Assembly (NCBI RefSeq): GCF_001194135.2
Contig: NC_068983.1
Span: 130,903,564 to 130,956,729, forward strand
Length of the DNA stretch: 53,166 nt
Direction: 5' to 3'
Origin: Octopus bimaculoides
Taxonomy: Eukaryota
Shown: positions 46,591 through 53,166 of the stretch, one piece after another
How positions within the stretch are numbered: the stretch's first letter is position 1
How the letters are laid out: each line of letters begins with the position of its first letter
The notes under the pieces: generated by a model
Seen by the model: only the letters and a program-made list of their open reading frames with translations
The model's database searches: none
What the model was told of the DNA's origin: nothing
Made by a program: the position numbers and the translations under genes

Positions 46591-48569
46591 GTACAAAAGA
46601 TAGAGTGGACACAGTGCGCCTTTGGTCCTGAGACTGACGGCTGAATGTGATTCCTTTTATACCGGTGAGTCGGTTTACACTCTTCTGGATGTATCTACGT
46701 TGCGTGCGCGTTGTCGAAACTGACGAACGTCGTTTTACATATATGATTATATGTATTTGTAGCTATGTGATGTAGAGAGTTCAGTGTCTCTGTACGTATA
46801 TGTTTCTACGTGTATTTGAGTGTATATGTATGCATGTGTGTATGTGTATATGCTTAAGCTCAGAGACGTTGTAAAACTGCACAGAAACAAACATAATTCA
46901 CAAAAACCACACAGAAACAAACATAATTCATACATATTTAACAATATACACATACACCATATAGATACATATGCATATATGTATACATATATGCACTCAT
47001 ACAGAGATATGGAAGTTTACATAAACATATGGAGACACATATCATGCACTCATAGATATACACATACGCATGAACACAGTTGCGCATATATATACATGCG
47101 CACATACTCGTGCAAAATCTACACACACAAACGTAGAAACATCCACATACATATACACATATAACTCAGTATTGTTAGGATCGGGTTAAAAGCATTCTAG
47201 GTCGGTTGCCAACAGTGAGTTAATGGAGGATAATACAGGATAATCACCCCATTAGAACCTCTCTATGAGGTGCAATTGATAAGAGAAGGAGTGGGATGAT
47301 TAGACATCGTAACACACTCGCATCTTCATCATCTCTTTCTCTCAATCCTACTTACTCTCTCTCTCTATTTCGTTATTTTTCGCTTGTCAGCTTGGTGCAG
47401 TCCACCTTTGGAAAAGTTAGTTTATGGAATGATCTGTGATTAACGGTATCTTAGCCATGACACAACAGTATATTTTTCACCTTGGGTAACAGTGTACTCT
47501 GCACACGATTATCCAATGAATTTGAGGGATTCACTTCCTGGTGGAGTCATAGGGGCACATCATCGCCTTCAGTGTACCTTCAGCATTTAAAAGTGGCGGA
47601 GGCCATACCTCTTCAGATTTAACCAAATCCGAATTTTCAGAAGATATACAGATGTATCCCTATATATGCATGAACTTTAGCTTAGTTAAAATATATTTGT
47701 GACGTATCATTTCCTCGTTTTATTATTTACAATCTTTACAATTTAACTATATGTATATATATATATATNNNNNNNNNNNNNNNNNNNNNNNNNNNNNNNN
47801 NNNNNNNNNNNNNNNNNNNNNNNNNNNNNNNNNNNNNNNNNNNNNNNNNNNNNNNNNNNNNNNNNNNNNNNNNNNNNNNNNNNNNNNNNNNNNNNNNNNN
47901 NNNNNNNNNNNNNNNNNNNNNNNNNNNNNNNNNNNNNNNNNNNNNNNNNNNNNNNNNNNNNNNNNNNNNNNNNNNNNNNNNNNNNNNNNNNNNNNNNNNN
48001 NNNNNNNNNNNNNNNNNNNNNNNNNNNNNNNNNNNNNNNNNNNNNNNNNNNNNNNNNNNNNNNNNNNNNNNNNNNNNNNNNNNNNNNNNNNNNNNNNNNN
48101 NNNNNNNNNNNNNNNNNNNNNNNNNNNNNNNNNNNNNNNNNNNNNNNNNNNNNNNNNNNNNNNNNNNNNNNNNNNNNNNNNNNNNNNNNNNNNNNNNNNN
48201 NNNNNNNNNNNNNNNNNNNNNNNNNNNNNNNNNNNNNNNNNNNNNNNNNNNNNNNNNNNNNNNNNNNNNNNNNNNNNNNNNNNNNNNNNNNNNNNNNNNN
48301 NNNNNNNNNNNNNNNNNNNNNNNNNNNNNNNNNNNNNNNNNNNNNNNNNNNNNNNNNNNNNNNNNNNNNNNNNNNNNNNNNNNNNNNNNNNNNNNNNNNN
48401 NNNNNNNNNNNNNNNNNNNNNNNNNNNNNNNNNNNNNNNNNNNNNNNNNNNNNNNNNNNNNNNNNNNNNNNNNNNNNNNNNNNNNNNNNNNNNNNNNNNN
48501 NNNNNNNNNNNNNNNNNNNNNNNNNNNNNNNNNNNNNNNNNNNNNNNNNNNNNNNNNNNNNNNNNNNNA

Positions 48570-48686
48570 TATAGCATGTACGTATTTGAATATAATTGTG
48601 CGCGTATGGATATGTGCACGTGTGGGGGTGATTGCGCACGTGTGGGGGTGATTGCGCGCGTGTGTGCAGATATAAATATGTGTACA

Positions 48687-48726
<40 letters not shown>

Positions 48727-49090
48727 ACGTGCGTGTATGTATGCATGTACATTTATATGTACATGTGTATGGTTGCATATATATGTGGGTGTACATGCAC
48801 GTGTTTCACGCGAGTGTGAGTGAGCATATGCATATATAACGTGTGCGTATTTTGTAGACGTATTTGAATATAACTATGTGCGTATGAGTATGTGCACATG
48901 TGTGTGTGTGTGTGTGTGTGGATATATATATACGTGTACGTGCATGGTTGCATATATATGTGTATCTATTGGTGTATGTGCGGGTGCGCATGTAAGTGTA
49001 TCATGCGACTGTGAGTGAACATATGCATATAGCCACATGTATGTGGGTATGCGTGCGTGCATGTGTATGTATGTACATGCGTACATACGC
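48570..49090. repeat. About 285-bp (GT)-rich tandem unit, 2 copies, with an internal 20-bp duplication
   Basis: cgtatttgaatataa.t.tg.gcgtatg..tatgtgcac starts at about 48580 and 48859; gcacgtgtgggggtgattgc occurs twice in unit 1. Confidence 0.7.
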
Positions 49091-49414
49091 GATTGCTATG
49101 AGCATTTCTACTTTTTTACTTATTACTTCCTCCCCTTCGGTTTTTTCCGCTTATTTAACGGTCATTCTAATAGCTCTTTTGTCTTAACGGTCAATTAGAT
49201 AGTAATTTCCTTTTGTTTAACGGTCATTTTCATAGCATATTTTGATTGCTTCGATAACTGACGAGATGCCGGAGCAGGTTTCCACCCCGACATCCAAAAC
49301 TTGGAGTCTTATTAAGGCAACCGAATAATTGTCACATATATTACGGATAAATTCCTCTATTTACATAATATCGAGGTCTCTTTCATTCTTTTGTTGTCTT
49401 ACCATTACTATTAT

Positions 49415-49467
<53 letters not shown>

Positions 49468-49559
49468 GAGAATGTACGAAAAAAAACAACAGACGAGGAC
49501 AGGTGGTGTAAACATATATATATACATATATATGTATACGCAAATGTATATACATCAGG

Positions 49560-50000
49560 CTTATGTAGTAACAGTCGTGTTCCACAATTGACAACTGTAG
49601 TGAAATGATGAAATTTGTTCTTTGAGTACCTTCCAAACTGTATTTTGACCAATCGGTATGTGGCTTAGATGCCAAGGTTTGATGCCAAATTTGTTAGTAT
49701 TTATCCTGGTTTTTGTTGTTTTTTTAACAAGATTTGAAGTCAATTGGTGTCCATCTTAGACGTTACAGTTTAGTGGGCACAGTTTGGTTAGTACGTCAAG
49801 TGTTGACTGCACCTAAAGAAAGAATTGTTTGGCAATATTTTGGAATGTTGTACACAACATTCCTGTTTTCATTCACTTCGGATCTAGTCTTTTTCATTTG
49901 CAAAATGAGCCCTCTTTAATTTTGTTCAGTTTTCTTTCAGTTTTTGTGTAACTCTGAATTTCGATTGCAATGAACCAATTACATTATTTCGTAAATTGAA
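49560..50000 (-). mobile_element. Penelope-like GIY-YIG endonuclease fragment (different lineage from 300-2620)
   Basis: Minus frame RGLILQMKKTRSEVNENRNVVYNIPKYC (cf. LRS.L...K.....NVVY.IPC..C), later LASKPHTDWSK (cf. LA.H...H..DW). Confidence 0.55.
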
Positions 50001-50639
50001 GAATCCGCTGTTAATTGGAATTAAAGTTTGGAAATTTGGGTAATTTTAGCCAAGCCAGTCAACAGAAAGCATGTCATTAGCAGCTTGTTACCATGACAAC
50101 TGTACGCTGTGTCGTGGTTTACTTCACTGTCGTCTGCGACTTCTTGGTTCATTTCACTGTTGTCTGTGACGCACGTTGTTCTATGTTGATTTTACACACT
50201 TGGCTCCTCACACTTCGAGATTCTTCTCACCCACGTGTTTTGTTTTAATTTTTCTTTCTATATAATAATATTACATATTTTCTGTGCTTCTGTGTGTTAG
50301 TATTTTTCTGTGCTTTTTCTGTGTTAGTATCTTTACATACCGTTCATTTCATATATTTTATTTTTATCGTAGTTTACAAATCCAGGCATGAAGACGTTAC
50401 TCAGTTGTTTTTCTTCTCCACAACATCATACCTTCATAGCAATAAGACTGGAAGAGTATATTATTATAGTCCATTTTCAGGTTGTTTAACTTCCTTTTAA
50501 TAAATGCATATTTTGCGAATGAAAAAACTCTAAATCCATGAATTCTATTGCTACAGTTCCTGAATTTTCCAGAAATTTTATATTTCAATCAAGTCAATGT
50601 TATGATTAACACTACGACTATCATTAATATCATCTTTAA

Positions 50640-50666
50640 TATTGTTGTTGTTGTTGTTGTTGTTGT

Positions 50667-50733
<67 letters not shown>

Positions 50734-50909
50734 TAACATTATTATTATTATCGTCATTACAATTTTCAATGTTACTATGCTATTGTTATTGTCCATTTAA
50801 AACGTGTTTGAATATATCAGTATTCGACTTTTCTCTCGACTTCACTTGTGTAGTTTTGTAGAATGAGTAATAGTAATAAAAGTTAGTTTTATTATTATTA
50901 GTAGTAGTT

Positions 50910-50982
<73 letters not shown>

Positions 50983-51130
50983 CGACATTATCTTCATCAT
51001 TATTATTATTGTCATATTCACTATGATTTATATTATTATATCCAGCACCACTCCTATCATCTGTAGTAATAGCAGCTGCTGTAGTAGTAGTATAAGAAGT
51101 AGCAATTAGGATAGAAGTAGTAGTAGTAAG
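50640..51130. repeat. (GTT)n(GTA)n(ATT)n trinucleotide tracts
   Basis: Direct reading. Confidence 0.9.
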
Positions 51131-51413
51131 ATTCATTGGAGACACAGGGTGTGTTGTTAAAACTTACCTATACTACATCTACAATGCTTAAAACTATTAG
51201 AAATTTGTAAATGTATAGTGTGTACCATAAATGTTTATCTCTCACAGGATGATATATTTATTTTGATGATTTTATATATATATATATATACATATATNNN
51301 NNNNNNNNNNNNNNNNNNNNNNNNNNNNNNNNNNNNNNNNNNNNNNNNNNNNNNNNNNNNNNNNNNNNNNNNNNNNNNNNNNNNNNNNNNNNNNNNNAGA
51401 AAGAGGAGGGGGG

Positions 51414-51446
<33 letters not shown>

Positions 51447-51751
51447 GTGAATTTGTTTTGTTGGATTCCCCTCCGAAATTCGTTTAACTGTAGTTTTGTC
51501 AACCATTCCTGGATCTTTGTATTATTTGATCACGTAACATTTGTTATTGCCCTGTCCTTCAACTCTTAGACAAGGCTATAACCTTTGGAAATCAAAGCAG
51601 TATTTCTTAGCTTCGGGTATATTATGTGGGGGAAGGTACAAGACAATTTTCCATCTAACATCAGAATGTCCAAAAATTACATAAATTGAATATTAACCTA
51701 TACCTGTCCGAGGTGCCACTCCTACGCCTATGTGTACATATATAATATATA

Positions 51752-52143
51752 TGTGGCTGTGTGGTAAGAAGCTTGCTTCCCAACCACATGGTTCCGGGTT
51801 CAGTCCCACTGCGTGGCACCTTGGGCAAGTGTCTTCTACTATAGCCTCTGGCCGACCAAAGCCTTGTGAGTGGATTTGGTAGACGGAAACTGAAAGAAGC
51901 CCGTCGTATATATGTGTATATATGTATGTGTGTGTATATGGTTGCGTGTCTGCGTTTGTCTCCCCAACATCGCTTGACAACCCATGCTGGTGTGTTTACG
52001 TCATCGTACCTTAGCGGTTCGGCAAAAAAGACCGATAGAATAAGTACCAGGCTTACAAAGAATAAGCCCTGGGGTCGATTTGCTCGACAAAATGTGGTGC
52101 TCCAGCATGGCCACAGTCAAATGACTGAAACAAGTAAAAGAGT
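51752..52143 (+). mobile_element. SINE family C (best-preserved copy)
   Basis: A-box-like TGTGTGGTAAG, B-box-like GGGTTCAGTCC, CORE-like gcgtggcaccttgggcaagtgtcttctact, and a tail ending gaaacaagtaaaagag. Confidence 0.93.
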
Positions 52144-52879
52144 ATATATATACACACAAACATGCACACTCAAACATACGCACATACACACACATATAAA
52201 CCGAGATTTCTAATGCATAATTATATTTTCTAAAATATCACGTTATACGATAATTCAGTACAGCCAATTAGTTTATTACATTTATATTTACAAGGGAAAG
52301 GCTGATAATCATTTTGATGTTTCATCGATCGATGGATTCTTTTGGCTTTTAGCTTGACGTAGCCAGTAACAAGTGAAACTATTAATTTTCATATTTTCCT
52401 TTAAAATATACGCCACCTCCGTATTTATATTCGTGCCTATGCTTGTGTTTGTGCATGTGCGTATGTGCGTATGTGCGTATGTGTGAGTGATATTTCTAAG
52501 TTCAGGTAGAGGAAAGAGTCTTTATCTTCTGAATTAACAAACAGGAAAACGGACTCAATGCGGAAAGAGAGTGGAATTATTTATTATACAGCAGCAATTA
52601 CGTTCTGTTTGTCTTCCGAATTTCAGATGTATCATTGTTAATCACGAAATATCTGTATATTAGTATTTATAGTGTATTTACACCCAAGATCACAAACACG
52701 TAAATATACACGCAATAGAATTAAGCTGACGTGCATCGGTAAAACGGGGACACACAAGTACAGATAATCGCATACATACATACATAAACGCTCGCATACA
52801 CACATGTATATATGAATATTTCTGAGAGTACACACATATACACACAGACGCAAAAACATAAGCACATCCATAAATGCAT

Positions 52880-53130
52880 TTTGTAGATTATAGATGAATT
52901 ATGCATATTATATATATAGATGTGCTATACATACGCACATACACGCACATACATATACATGCACACATATAGATATGTACATATGTACATACATATATAT
53001 GTGCATACCTACATATACATATACAAGCATATATGTGTTTGCGCGTTTGTATATGTGCGTGCGTGTGTATATGTGTATACATACATATATATATGTGTGT
53101 GTGTGTGTGTGTATATAAATGTATATATGA

Positions 53131-53166
<36 letters not shown>
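52880..53166. repeat. (TA)/(CA)/(TG) low-complexity tract to the window end
   Basis: Direct reading. Confidence 0.9.

Noticed and set aside
2613-53118. Most ORF-track entries rich in YI, VC, HT, or poly-K/R/M/T/S, or containing X runs
   Set aside because: They are translations of microsatellites or N gaps, not genes.

Overview
AT-rich eukaryotic genomic DNA with seven N gaps, saturated with (TA)n, (CA)n and trinucleotide microsatellites and with tRNA-derived SINEs. The repeat style is most consistent with a cephalopod (Octopus-like) intronic or intergenic region; this is an inference, not a database result. No intact protein-coding gene, rRNA, true tRNA or CRISPR array is supported. Recognisable coding relics are all mobile elements: several Penelope-like element (PLE) fragments, two decayed piggyBac transposases (one apparently full length with TIRs and a TTAA end), an internally deleted Ty3/Gypsy pol with a probable 3' LTR, an ORF1-only LINE-like element nested in a SINE head, and a probable DNA-transposon N-terminal relic. 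The best leads are (1) two clear but mutated type I hammerhead-ribozyme motifs plus a weaker third, one sitting in the tail of a tRNA-headed SINE-like element; (2) the ORF1-only element; (3) a locally duplicated 172-bp segment with exon/intron-like divergence; and (4) a few splice-bounded candidate exons of small peptides. All alignments were done by eye.
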